A DNA stretch of 63,319 nucleotides, filler included, from Octopus bimaculoides (taxonomy: Eukaryota), in assembly GCF_001194135.2 (NCBI RefSeq). It is 6 parts of 4 records of this genome, joined end to end, with 100 filler letters (N's around TTAATTAATTAA, not from the genome) between each part and the next. Parts side by side here need not be neighbours in the genome. Positions count along the whole stretch, not along the records: positions 49,604 to 56,260 come from NC_068983.1; positions 56,361 to 60,907 come from NC_068981.1; positions 61,008 to 63,319 come from NC_068993.1; 3 more parts are not named here. One strand, written 5' to 3'. The position numbers and the translations under genes were made by a program. The notes beneath the pieces were generated by a model. The model was given only the letters and a program-made list of their open reading frames with translations, ran no database searches and was not told the DNA's origin. Below are positions 50,050 to 62,539 of this stretch, piece by piece (positions within the stretch are counted from its first letter, which is position 1; each line of letters starts with the position of its first letter).

Positions 50050-51744
50050 AATGGCAAAAAAGACTTGAGAACGTCAGAGGAACAGGTCTGACTCGGCAGG
50101 TGTTCCAGTGTATCACAGGCTGGACCCGTTCGTCATCCTGCTACTGTGGTCAAACAATCTTCAAGAAAATGTAAAAATAGGCAGCATTTGAATTTCGGTT
50201 GTTGGAACGTGCGCACACTTCTTGATTATTTCAACAAGAGGCTAGAAAGGCGTACTGCACTTATTACATGTGAGCTCAAAAGATATTCCCTTGATATAGT
50301 TGCCCTCTCTAAAACTCGTCTTTCTGGTGAGGGCCAAGTAAATGATCTTACTTATGGATATACTGTCCTTTGTAGAGGCCTCTCTAAGGGTCAGCGTAGA
50401 GAATCTGGTCTGGTGTTGGGTTTGCACTCAAGTATAGATTAGTATCCCGCATTGCAGAGCTTCCAAGTGTTTTATCTGAACGGATCATATTATGCTGAAT
50501 TAAACTAACAAAAGGTAGGTTTCTTACCGTTGTCAGTATTTATGCACCGACAATGTCCCATTCTGATGAAACTGTAGGACAGTTTTATGACGATCTAGCA
50601 TGATTATTGAGGAAGGTTCCAATTTCTGACAAGCTGCACATATTAAGAGATTTCAATGCAAGAGATGGCAAGGACTACATTTTATGGCCTGTTTTACGTC
50701 GACATGGGATTGGAGAATGCAATAAAAATGGAGTAGCTCTTTTGAAGCTTTGTACTGAGAATAATCTGGTTGTCACCAACACTGTTTAAGCAGAAAAATA
50801 AATATAAAACCACCAGGATGCCCCCAAGATCTAAGCACTGGCATCTCGTAGATTATATTCTGATCAGGAAACGTGATATGAAAGACGTCTCTAGCGTTCG
50901 GGTCATGAGAGGGGCAGAGAGCTGGACTGACCATCATCTAGTTCGTGGAAAAATAGATTTTTCGATAAAGCCTAAAAATCTGGTCTTAAGGTACCCAAAA
51001 TTTAAATGTTACAAACTTTAAATTATCAAACAACTTGCAAAGATTCCACGATGCTATAGAAAATATCAATCTTGACCCAAACAATCTATGGGAAGATTTC
51101 AAAACAAAAGAATTTCAGGTTGCAAGTTCGTCAGTGGAATTTAAATCTTATAAATCCAGTGACTGGTTCTCAGATAGATCAACAGAAATTCTCGATCTAC
51201 TTTTAGAAAAACAAAACTTAGGCAATACACTTCTTTCTCAGTCCATGAACCCCAACTCAAACGAAACTTACAGAAAGCTGAAAAGGAAAGTGCAGTCTGC
51301 TCTAAGGAGAATGAAACAGGAATGGTGAAATGAAAGAGCAAAAGGGACACAAGAAGCAACCGACAGAAATGATACGATGGGTTTGTACTCTTATGTTAGG
51401 AAAGTATATGGCCCAAAATCTTCCTCAACAGCTCCAGTGTGAACAGCAAATGGATATTTCCTTCTGACTGACACCGCTTCTATTCATAAGCGCAGGGTAA
51501 AGCATTTTTCTGCACTTTTGAATAGACCATTATCCGTTGACATGAGGACGATAGGAAAAATTGAACAACTTCCAGTTATAGAACAGATGGTATTTGAACC
51601 AACTCTAAATGGCATTTATTTAGCTGTGAATAAGCTGAATAACAACAAGTCTCCAGGATCTGATGAAATTTGCGCAGAAGTCTTGAAACTTGGGGCGACA
51701 AAATGTTTGAACTCTTAAATATATTAATTTGTCACTGTTGGAGA
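50050..51744 (+). pseudogene. RTE (BovB/RTE-1-like) LINE: apurinic endonuclease and tether, truncated before the RT
   Basis: CWNVRTL, DIVALSKTR, YAPT, DFNAR, NGVALLKLC, HWHLVDY, WTDHHLV, KSPGSDEICAEVLK; many stops. Confidence 0.9.
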
Positions 51745-53510
51745 ACCGCAAGTTACTGCTCGCGGTTTGAACCACATCCCCTGTGGGAACAAAACTTTTT
51801 TGTATTTTTGATTATTTTTGAAAAGGTATCATTTCAAAATGTGTTCTGTAGAACAACAAAATAGAATGAATTTTGCTGCTCGTGTTGGTGGCCGTGAAAC
51901 TATAAGTTTAAAAATGGAAGATATACAGGCTTATTATGGCATGATAACGGAAGAAAATGGTAAGAGTAAAATGATTCCACCGAGTGAGATACTAAACAAA
52001 ACTAAAGCGAGGACAAGTTGTATGACCGGAAAAAAAAAGTTTGGAATTTTTTGAGGAGAGTACAATCGAAAAGTGTCTCGGGCCGGTGATGAAGGAAATA
52101 AAGTACCTAGCCCGAGGCACAAGATACGCCACAATTGAAGTAAGGTTCGTGTCAGTTGAGAAAGCAAGGGAGTTCTCAACTCGAACCTTGCAATAGGGCA
52201 ACGTTATGCTGCTACCGCTATAGCTGGGACGCAGAACGATAAAAAATAAGAATATTCCCCTGGAGGTGGAGGTAGCATGGATCGATGCCATACTCCTCTA
52301 CAAAAGAGAGGAGGAGATAAATATAATCGAGATCTCCAGAGACGCCCTACAGAATTGGCGGGGTCAATCTCTGGAGATACTGGCACAGGCGACTAGTACA
52401 GATTTGGAAGGGTTGCCAGAGACAATTCAAGTAGACGAGATGGTTTTGGCGGTGCATGTTGAGGGGAGAAGGTCCAGGTGCTTTCACAATGGAAAGAAGA
52501 GGCACCTGACGTCGAAGTGCCCAACAAAGAATAAGAAGGACGGGGAAGCAGAGAAGGAGGAGAAGGAAGAGACAACCCCCCCCCCCATCCACAGAGTCTG
52601 AACGAGCCACCGACGCTACTCATAAAATCAACCTCAAGGGGAAAATGAGGAGGCGGCACCTCCGGCCAAGGAGGCCGTTACGCAGAGAGTGACCGCCTCT
52701 AGCTGTAGAAACGAATCCAAGAAGCCGGAACTTCTGGCCGAGGAGGCTGTTACCCAGTAAGTGGCCGCCACTTCTACTAGTAAAATAGATCACAAGGGGG
52801 AAAATAAAGCGGCACCTCCGGCCAAGGAGGTCGATACGCAGAGGTTGACCGCCTCTACCAGTGAGGAACCGCAATCAGTCGTGACGCCGTCTACTGAAAT
52901 CATGGACTTTCAGACGGCGTCACAGAAAAGAACCAAAAAGATTGAGTCACCCACTAAAACACAAGAAGCGGTGCCACACAATAAAATTACAAAAAAGCCC
53001 GAGCCGAAATGGAAATGCCAAAAATTTATGTCGGTGAAAATTGACATCCCAGAAAAAGAAGAGGTGAAGACAATAACATATAAAAATAGCAATAAGTATT
53101 TGGATGGGTTCATTGGACCCCCATGACAATACGAAATTATATATCAATTGCAATAAATCGAGTCTGGTGACGTTGGGAAGGATATCCAGAAAACTTCTCA
53201 AGGAACTCAAGGATAGACATCCTAAAGACATTGTTGAACTCCCTCCTTTTTTTCCCTTCTTTTCGTCCTGACCGGTTCTGCTAGCACGGCCAAATTCATT
53301 CTCAACAACCGCCGGGTTGAATAAGGAAAAAAAAAACTCGGAAAATTAATTTTAATTTTTATTCGTATTTATATTTATCATATCATCCGATTTCTTCAAT
53401 TTCTTTTACTTTTATCATTTTATCGCAAACTATTTTGTAAGAATGTAAATGTTTGTGTGCATCCTTTGTAATGTCCCTCTATGTATAGCTTTTATAGGTT
53501 AATAAAAAAA
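51745..53510 (+). mobile_element. Decayed ORF1-only (half-L1-like) non-LTR element with a zinc knuckle and poly(A)
   Basis: VEGRRSRCFHNGKKRHLTSKCP (degenerate CX2CX4HX4C) at 52479-52520, low-complexity basic C-terminus, AT-rich 3' UTR, AATAAAAAAAA; no EN or RT motifs seen. Confidence 0.65.
52651..52860 (+). repeat. Three imperfect GC-rich direct repeats (about 75-80 bp) inside ORF1
   Basis: GGCACCTCCGGCCAAGGAGG..ACGCAGAG..GACCGCCTCTA is repeated. Confidence 0.8.
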
Positions 53511-53763
53511 ATACGCCCGCTGACATTCGTTGACGCTGCATCAAAGAAACCAAAGAACAAAAGAAAAAAAGGCGGAAGTAGAAACGCACTCAACACCATA
53601 GCTGAAGTCATCTACGAAAGGGCGGGCCCCACCACGTAGAACATGGTAAAGGAGCAGTTGCCGAAACTGAACGTGGTTCCTCCTGATGATGTCTTTAGGC
53701 ACTGGATCCTCTTATAAAGGTGCTGTTGAAGTAGCGAACCACGAAATGTGGTTGGAATTCCTC

Positions 53764-53832
<69 letters not shown>

Positions 53833-55512
53833 ATTCAGCATTACTTTCTCATATACTTATGGCACAATGCTATTGATATTGAATTCATTTCGCTTTTATT
53901 GTACTATATTCACATAACACCCCTTTAATATTTCTCCTTTAAAAGCCCTAGAATATTTTAAAACTAATTTCATGCAGTAAAATGTTCATATGTCTTACGT
54001 TGCTCACGAAAACTGCTTAAAAGTTGTTTTTGAAATATTCACAAAAACACATTACAGATAAAACAAGGACGCACAATATTACCAGAAATGTGTGTAAAAC
54101 TGATAAAAGGTTTAAAATATTTCATAGTAAACCATTAATGGAATAAAAACACCTTCGATGCACAGTAATATTTCCAAACCACGGATGACATTTAAGTATC
54201 AATAACTGAGAAATCCTTTTTCTACCTCATAGCAGAACAATCCATGATTTAAATGCTTTGGATCCAATTAAACAAAGTTTGTTATAATGAAGGAGACTTC
54301 GTAACAAAGAGAAAAGGGTTTCATTGATATGTATATATCACGAGTTAAACAAGTGGTCGAATAGATGATACCGCAACCTGAAATATATTCATATAAGCAC
54401 ATACACATATAAGCATATATATTATATATGGAGACATATATGTGTAATAAATATATATGCGTATGTATAGTGTATATATCTATTTAACGTCAATTTTTAC
54501 CAACAATCTGGAAAGGTCATACAACCTAACTACAAGACTTTAAACGCTATCATTAAGCATTGTTAAAGGAGAGTTGAATACATTCAACACGTTCTGGATT
54601 TTAAATAGATTATATTATAGAATGTAAATAATAACATGTTACTTAACCTCTCCGTATACTCTAAACAATCCACGGCAACCCACACAACTTTTGCAAGACT
54701 TACTTCAACAACCTTTCCCAGACATGAATCTGCAGCTCCACAAATCTACACTCCACAATCAATTTACAAACGATCCTCCCAGATTTTCGATAATATCCTG
54801 GCAGTTATCACGATAAACAACTTCCGATACATAAACACAATGAATCTCTATTAAGAGTACAGATTTTCGGAAATCAATAGCTTTACAACTACCAACATAA
54901 ACACTACAGTACATAATTCAACAAAATACTTATAGATTCATAAGCAAAACTATGTAAAAAGACATCATAAATAAAATCCCAATTTGACAGAAATAAAAAG
55001 CCATAAAAGAGCTGGGATAACATAACTACATTATGCCAACACCACACCCAACTAAAATTAATATTCAGCATCATACGAGTAAGCAAGAAATTTAAATGTA
55101 AACACATTTGTATTCGAGTTAGGCAACATAATCAACAATTAAATACCATAATATATTATAATTAGAAGCACCAATAGTAATAATGATCACACCAAACCCT
55201 ATATTACAATTAAAACCCCAAAGAAACAGCCTACATTGCAACATCTAGCAAACGTTTTATCAGATGTTACCTGAAAATCTGCCATCATAGAATGAATATG
55301 TGCAGAGCAACAAGAACTGTCGTACTCTGACCGAATCTATTTTGCTTTTCTCTTCTGTAGCCGCCACCACAATAAACATAGTGAAAAATGGAGATAATTC
55401 AATATGAGAATAGTGTCATGATTCCATGTTAAATTGTGCAGTGTGAAACGTAAGTAACTGGAGACATTGAGTTATTGAGAAGACGGATATAGAGTGACAT
55501 TTCATCCTTCAG

Positions 55513-55570
55513 TCAACTACCCGACCATACTGTCATGGCGGATCTGGAGCTACACAGCAACAACAACCAG
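55513..55570 (+). CDS. Speculative upstream exon (STTRPYCHGGSGATQQQQP) with a GC donor
   Basis: TTTCATCCTTCAG acceptor and CAG|GCAATT; its phase 1 end fits exon 56934; the donor is non-canonical. Confidence 0.2.
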
Positions 55571-56360
55571 GCAATTGTTATAATTAATTACCATACATCA
55601 TCATACTGTACATATTTAGACGGTAAAAGAACATTCATTAGAGACGGTATTTTTGCTGCAAAATTGGTTTTAAAACATTTTAATACAGGACTTTATGAAG
55701 AGAATGCTTTTATTTTGATTTCCGCCTCTCAGATATAAACGCTATGTTTAATTTAGGAACTGAACTAGAAGGTTTAATCTTTCAAATTTGAAAAGTTTAA
55801 ATTATATTTGTATTTTCCACCATAGATAATACTGATTCGAAACTGGTTAATAAAATTTCATTTTTATATCTGTTTTAAATTTCTACAGAAGAATCGTCCT
55901 CTATAATCAGATATCGCCGGCTGAACCCAAGCACCCAGCGTTACCTGCTAATACGTTTTAGGTCACCATTAAACAAAAATATGCGCCAGTAGGCTAAATA
56001 TACATTAACTGACAACCATCTGAGTTCTCAATAGCAGGTGTATACGGAATTAAATTTTCTTAATTCGATAAAATCTGATGCAAATAACAAAAGAAAGACT
56101 TCAATACACTGAAGGCAGAAAAAAAGCATGTTTATCGAAAATGCCCAAACTCATTTTACTTGCTCCAAATGTACCTCATTTACAAGAGAAGCTTGAAACA
56201 GTTGCCATTGAACATATAAACGTTCTCCACCACAAGAAGCATTTGTGCGTGTATATATATNNNNNNNNNNNNNNNNNNNNNNNNNNNNNNNNNNNNNNNN
56301 NNNNTTAATTAATTAANNNNNNNNNNNNNNNNNNNNNNNNNNNNNNNNNNNNNNNNNNNN

Positions 56361-56780
56361 ACTTCTGGGCACCCATATTGCCTTGATCTTGAAGTCGCTA
56401 ACTACTAATCTGTGTTGGGGTGTACATTCTTCGCCAGGGAGGGTTTTGGCATTTATAAGCCTCCCTCTTTCTCTAGTTCTGGCGAGGATGTAGTCGATTT
56501 GGCTAGAGTGTCTGCCGGATTGGTAGGTGACTAGGTGACAGGCAGGTTTCCTGAAGTTGGTATTGCAAACCATAAGATCGGTTGCATCACAGAACTCCAG
56601 CAGTCTGGTTCCCTCCTCGTTGCGGGAACCGAAGCCATAGCCTCCATGTATGCCATGGAAGCCTCCAGCACGACGTCCGACATGACCATTGAAGTCACCA
56701 GCCACAAAGAGAAGGTCTTTGTCTCTTGCCGACGAGGTAGTTTGCAAGAGGGTGTCATAGAACGACGAGGTAGTTTGCAC
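56361..56780 (-). mobile_element. RTE-clade LINE endonuclease fragment
   Basis: AGDFNGHVG, RNEEGTRLLEFC, SQIDYIL, PQHRLVVSDF. Confidence 0.9.
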
Positions 56781-56933
56781 CTCGTGTTATATTTCTTTAC
56801 TGAAAAGTTGGTTGATATACTTTTCAGTTGCCAATGATAAAGCCTGTGCATGTTTTATGTTTAAGAACATTTCAGAAATTTCCTTTCTTGAAAGAAATGA
56901 AGATAACTGATTCTCATTGGGTTTTTATTCTAG

Positions 56934-56977
56934 GAACCAATCCTGAAGATGAAGCCCAACAACAAACTATTTCAGAG
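56934..56977 (+). CDS. 44-bp coding exon of an unidentified gene ((G)TNPEDEAQQQTISE)
   Basis: TTTTTATTCTAG acceptor, GAG|GTAAAT donor; phase 1-0 joins exon 57697 in frame. Confidence 0.7.
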
Positions 56978-57696
56978 GTAAATGTTTTTTTCTTTTTGTT
57001 AATATGCATGGCAACATAGCATTGGTCAGTAAAAACATATAATCATACATGCATCTATCAGTCTACAGTCTAGTAGTAGATGCTTCAAACTGACTTGTTG
57101 TGCTTGCACCTATTTGTATACCGCAAGAAATTTTTCCCATGGCAAAATACAGTGAATGGCTTTCTTACAGGTTTGAATATACCTCAAGCATATTTGAACT
57201 AGTTGCAAGTTTATATCTATACACATCATTGCTTAATGCTTCTATTCTTTATATGTGGTACTTGGTTACATTAAGATTTTAAATCCCTCCCATGTCAACT
57301 GTACCTTTTCTCCTATTTGTTATTATATGTCTTTGACTGTATACGTCTTAGTATATGACTTTGATTTGCTTTGGTCACAAGGGTACAGGCAGCTTTCTCC
57401 GTCATTTGTGCTGGGGGTGTTGCAAGGGAGAATAGATTTAGAATTAAAGATTTTCCTATTGTTATCTCTCATTTTCCTATGTTGGTATGGGTTTGCTTAT
57501 TTTTCCTTTGTGCACTATTTTCTCCAACTTTGTCATTTCTTATTTCTTTATTTGATCAACTTGTTATTCCTTCCAATCTACATTTTTTTAGTTTGTAAGA
57601 GATGAATATTAAGAAAGAACACTACTTTGGAAATGTTTTCATAATTTCCTGTTTTTCTATCTCATCTTACTAGTTTTTATTTCATTTTATTTCAAG

Positions 57697-58939
57697 GTTG
57701 ATGAAACAATGACTCCTGATTTGTTTCTATCTGATGAACATCAGTCAGAAAACAATTTGGTAGCTGAAGATATCTTATTTCCATCCCAGAGCAATCCAAG
57801 GATAACATCACACCCAAGTGACAGTGATATTGAAGAAGAAACACGACTCCATAACCTTGCTCTTCCCTCAGATAAGGCAGCTGACCAGTGTGATATCCAA
57901 CCAGCTGACCTATGTAATATCCAACCAGCTGACCTGTGTAATACCCAACCAGCTGACCAGTGTAATATCCAACCAGCTGACCAGTGTAATATCCAGCCAG
58001 CTGACCAGTTTAATATCCAACCAGCTGACCAGTGTAATATCCAACCAGCTGACCAGTGTGATATCCAACCAGCTGACCAGTGTAATATCCAACCAGCTGA
58101 CCAGTGTGATATCCAACCAGCTGACCAGTGTGATATCCAACCAGCTGACCAGTGTGATGTCCAACCAGCTGACCAGTGTGATATCCAACCAGCTGACNNN
58201 NNNNNNNTCCAACCAGCTGACCAGTGTGATATCCAACCAGCTGACCAGTGTAATATCCAACCAGCTGACCAGTGTGATATCCAACCAGCTGACCAGTGTG
58301 ATATCCAACCAGCTGACCAGTGTGATGTCCAACCAGCTGACCAGTGTGATATCCAACCAGCTGACCAGTGTGATATCCAACCAGCTGACCAGTATGAAAA
58401 TGACCACAATGTAAATGAACCTCTATGTTCACAGGATACTGTTTTAACAGTCACCAGTACCGCTAATGACAAATATAGATCTAACTCACCATTAGATTAT
58501 TTTGAAAATGATCTAAGTAGAAATGTATTAGAAAACCGTGATTGTGATAGCAGCCAAGAATCAAATGGTCTAGAGCCATCTTTTCCTGTTACATCAACAC
58601 CTCATGAGAGTTGTCAACTGTCCCTAACGGAACAGCCGGCTTCATCTGAAAGTAGTGTCTTCAACTATAATGCTGATTCCAATCTTCTTGTACCACAACG
58701 CTATTCTAGTAATGACAATGATTCTAACTCTGTAAATTTTAATTCAGATGAATTTGTTACTTCTACTGCAGAAGAGCTACACAAACCTGAATTAAGAAAC
58801 ACACATCATTTGAACAGTAATTCCAACAAAAGAACGTTTTCTACATATCAAATAGATTCTCTAAACAATCAATCACATGAAAATATTTGCCAGTTTTATG
58901 CTTTAGCATATGCAAGTCCTTCAAAAAGAAAACACATTG
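57697..58939 (+). CDS. 1243-bp internal coding exon: acidic Ser/Asn-rich, probably disordered region with an 8-aa tandem repeat
   Basis: TTTTATTTCAAG acceptor, TTG|GTAAGT donor; 414 open codons, including long non-repetitive flanks, in AT-rich DNA. Confidence 0.85.
57875..58395 (+). repeat. Coding 24-bp minisatellite, about 22 visible units (QPADQC[D/N][I/V])
   Basis: Unit CCAGCTGACCAGTGTGATATCCAA; a 10-N gap lies inside, so the copy number is uncertain. Confidence 0.95.
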
Positions 58940-58990
58940 GTAAGTGAATTGAGTACATTAATTATTTATGTGAGAAAAATAATCAATATA

Positions 58991-59335
58991 GGTGCAGGAG
59001 TGGCTGTGTGGTAAGTAGCTTACTTACCAACCACATGGTTCCGGGTTCAGTCCCACTGCGTGGCATCTTGGGCAAGTGTCTTCTACTATAGCCTTGGGCC
59101 GACCAAAGCCTTGTGAGTGGATTTGGTAGACGGAAACTGAAAGAAGCTTGTCGTATATATGTATATATATGTGTGTGTGTTTGTGTGTCTGTGTTTGTCC
59201 CCCTAGCATTGCTTGACAACCAATGCTGGTGTGTTTATGTCCCCGTAACTTAGCAGTTCGGCAAAAGAGACCGATAGAATAAGTACTAGGCTTACAAAGA
59301 ATAAGTCCTGGGGTCGATTTGCTCGACTAAAGGGG
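58991..59335 (+). mobile_element. SINE family A about 50 bp downstream of the exon donor
   Basis: Colinear with the family A consensus. Confidence 0.9.
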
Positions 59336-59459
59336 TTGAATAGTTTATGGTATAAGTTCTTATCAACAGCAGGTGTTGATTTTATTTATAGATGCCTTTG
59401 CAAGCATAGAAAAGTAGACATTAAACCGATGATATATGCATGCATGTGTGTGTGTAAGA

Positions 59460-59670
59460 GAGAAGTGCTGAAAAGTTCCTGGCTTTAGATAAAAAAAAAT
59501 ACAGGAGGACCAGTTAATTGGTTTTATTCAATATATTCCCCTCTCAGATTCACACACTTATTGCAGCAGCCCTTCAGTGTTTCTAAGCCCTGTAAAAGAA
59601 TTCAGAAGGTTGGGTCTCTAACCAGGCCTTTCGCGATGCCCTCAAAGCCAGGAACTTTTCAGCATCCCTC
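59460..59670. mobile_element. Mariner-type MITE (about 210 bp)
   Basis: TIRs GAGAAGTGCTGAAAAGTTCCTGGCTTT / AAAGCCAGGAACTTTTCAGCATCCCTC. Confidence 0.85.
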
Positions 59671-59674
59671 ATGG

Positions 59675-60907
59675 AGATGTGTGATCTTTGAATGGAGAGG
59701 TGTCGATTTGTGTTGCATCCAAGAAGTAAGGTGGAGAGGAGGTTCCGCTAGGTTCCTCACATGCAAAGAACACAGGTACAAGATTTTCTGGGCAGGGAAC
59801 ATTGACAGGGTCGGGGGTGTGGGTATACTTCTTGCGGAGAAATGGGTTGAGAAGATAATCGAGGTAGTCAGAGTATGCGATAGAATACTTAAGATTAGAT
59901 TAGTGCTTCATCATGGGTTAGCAACCATTATCTTGGCCTATGCCCCTCAGCCAGGGCTTCCTGATGAACAGGAAGACTGGTTTTATGATACCCTCCTGCA
60001 GATTACCTTGTCAACGAATGACAGGGACCTTCTCTTTGTAGCTGGTGGCTTAAATGGGCATGTTGGACAACATGCAGGGGGCTTCCATGGCGTATATGGA
60101 GGCTATGGTTTTGGTTCCCGCAAGAGGAGGGAACCAGGCTGCTAGAGTTCTGCAATGCAAATGATCTTATGGTTTGTAAAAATAACTTCAAGAAACCTGC
60201 CAGCCACCTATTCACCTACCAGTCTGGTGGACACACTAGCCAAATTGACTACATCCTCACCAGAAAAAGGGAAAGATGGCTGCTTATAAAGGCCAAAACC
60301 TTCCCAGGTGAAGAATGTACCCCACAACATAGGCTGGTAGTTAGCGACTTCAGGATCAGGGCTAAATGGATGCCCAGAAGACGACCAGCATGGAAGAGAA
60401 GGGTCTGAAAGCTTAAAGATCCTGTGAATGGACAGAGATTTAGTGATGTATTACTCGAAGCCTTTGATGAAATAGAAGGGGATATAGCTTCACATGATGT
60501 GGAAGACAACTGGAGGTTTCTACAGGACAACCTGCTGAGGGCCAGTAACCAGATCTGTGGATGGTGCAAAGTCCCCTCTTGACCCAAAATATGTGGTGGT
60601 GGAACAATGTTGTTGACAGGGCTATTAGAGAAAAGAAACAGGCTTGAAAGGACTGGAAGAACGGTGGTAGCAGGGAATTGTATCAGACTGCCAGAAGGGA
60701 AGCTAAGAGACAGGTTTATTTAGCCAGAGGGGAAGCAGATAAGAAAAAATTTGCCAATGTTCTGCGCCGTGAGGACCAAACAGTTGAGGTATTTTGTGTT
60801 GCAAGACAGTGTGTGAGAGAGAATCGTGATGTCATAGGAAAGAAATGTGTCCACATGGATGATGGTTCACTTGCACTAAACGAGTCTGCAAAAAGAGAGG
60901 TTTGGGG
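59675..60907 (+). mobile_element. RTE-clade LINE, endonuclease and tether (same family as 56361-56780)
   Basis: DLCCIQEVRW, GVGILL, AYAPQ, SQIDYIL, PQHRLVVSDF; frameshifts and stops. Confidence 0.92.
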
Positions 60908-61299
60908 NNNNNNNNNNNNNNNNNNNNNNNNNNNNNNNNNNNNNNNNNNNNTTAATTAATTAANNNNNNNNNNNNNNNNNNNNNNNNNNNNNNNNNNNNN
61001 NNNNNNNATATATATATATATATATATAAGTTCAAAAAAGGGAAAGACAAAAAACAACAACAAAAAACAACAACGTGAGGACGTGATACAGATTGTGTTG
61101 CATTCGTTCATTTATATGTGCACATAAACAAATATACTGTTTATAAAAGTACTATTAAACTTCTAGGATACATACATATCTACAAATATACACATACACA
61201 TTTAAATATACATATACACGCATATATACACATATATATATACAAACACACTTGCGTGTGTGTATGTGTGTGAGACAGAAAGCAAGAAAGAGAGAGAGT

Positions 61300-62450
61300 G
61301 AGTACTTAATGCACTCTTGAAGGCGACTTAAGTTTTAAATTGGGCGAAATATCTTACTTCGTTTGGGACAACCAAAGCTTAATTGCTTGATTCGTTCATT
61401 AGGCTGCATTAGGAAATAGTGCAAAATATGACGTGGGGTACAATTTACGAGAAATCTCAAGAAAAGTTTGTTACTTTGAGAAAGTGAAAAGTAAGACGGA
61501 GACGGTAACACAGGTTTTCAGAAAAATGGCTTTTCCTGGTAAGCATTTCTCTGATAGCTATAGGTACAAGAAAATTGTTATGCGAAGATAGGATAACCTT
61601 GCAGTCCTAATATGAAAGCGTTCTTCTCAAACCCAACAAATAGTTTATTTAGGTTTTTCATGTAAATATGCAGATACTTGCAGGTATGCAATGTAAGATC
61701 GGTAGAGTATGAAGCAGATGTCACTTCAATGAAGCCAAATCAGACGGTTGTTATGAGCGAGAGAGCATTCAAAAAAGATATTACAACGATAGATGATCCA
61801 TCAGATACACTGGCAGAAGAAATTCTATCCTTCTACCCAACCACTTCTGGAAAATGGTATGGAGATGGAATATTTACTACAATATTAAATGGAGATGCCT
61901 CGAAAGATTGAAATGATACGTAAAGAGATCGAAAATGCAGACTTTGCACGATATAATGAGCACATATCCTGTTGAAATCAAAGAAGTCTAAATTTCAAAG
62001 GAGAGATATTTATCAGATGTCTTCAAGCAAATAAATTCATCCTGTCCAATTGAAAAATCCAGCGTTGGTTTAGAAACACCGGCCTTTTTGGTTCAAGTGT
62101 GGATACATCGTACATTTTCTGCTTTCTTCTTACAATCTTCCCATAATTTTACACTTCACGACTATAGAAACACCCCTAAATAGACACACAAGCTACATGA
62201 ACAAATTACAAACTCCAAACAAATTATATTAACAATCTAACCATCTAGCAAAATTCTGTAGACAGTCAACTGTAGATCTAGAAATGTAGTCTACAGCATA
62301 AGGTGCATAGAAGGTACTTGTAAAAAAATGAACATGACGTACATAGGAGAGACATCTAGGAGCATTGCGGAAAGACTAAATGAATGCATTTTATTCAAGC
62401 ACCCAAAGGACCCAACATTCAGAGAAATACAAGAGTACAAATGAAACATC
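61300..62450 (+). mobile_element. Decayed Penelope-like element (RT plus GIY-YIG)
   Basis: ADVTSMKPN (motif-A-like), NGMEME (motif-B-like), TGGTTCAAGTGTGGATACATC (degenerate WF.YVDDI), and in-frame CRSRNVVYSIRC...TYIGETSRSIAERLNE at 62271-62400. Confidence 0.8.
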
Positions 62451-62539
62451 CCCAGTACTAAATAGGAAATATACGTACTAGGTAATCATACCGCCATACC
62501 CACAGTTTATATTTATATATAAGTAGAATAGTTAGTGGG

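Noticed and set aside
54600-55300. A/C-rich stretch that may be an ancient LINE RT C-terminus
   Set aside because: No motif was clear enough to support a call.
55889-55990. Plus-strand acceptor (TTTCTACAG) with a 30+ codon open frame
   Set aside because: No donor in a phase compatible with exon 56934.
57741-58472. Alternative-frame and antisense ORFs over the 24-bp array (WSAGWISH, SNQLTSVI, VSWLDITL repeats)
   Set aside because: A by-product of a stop-free repeat unit; only the QPADQCDI frame extends into unique sequence bounded by splice sites.
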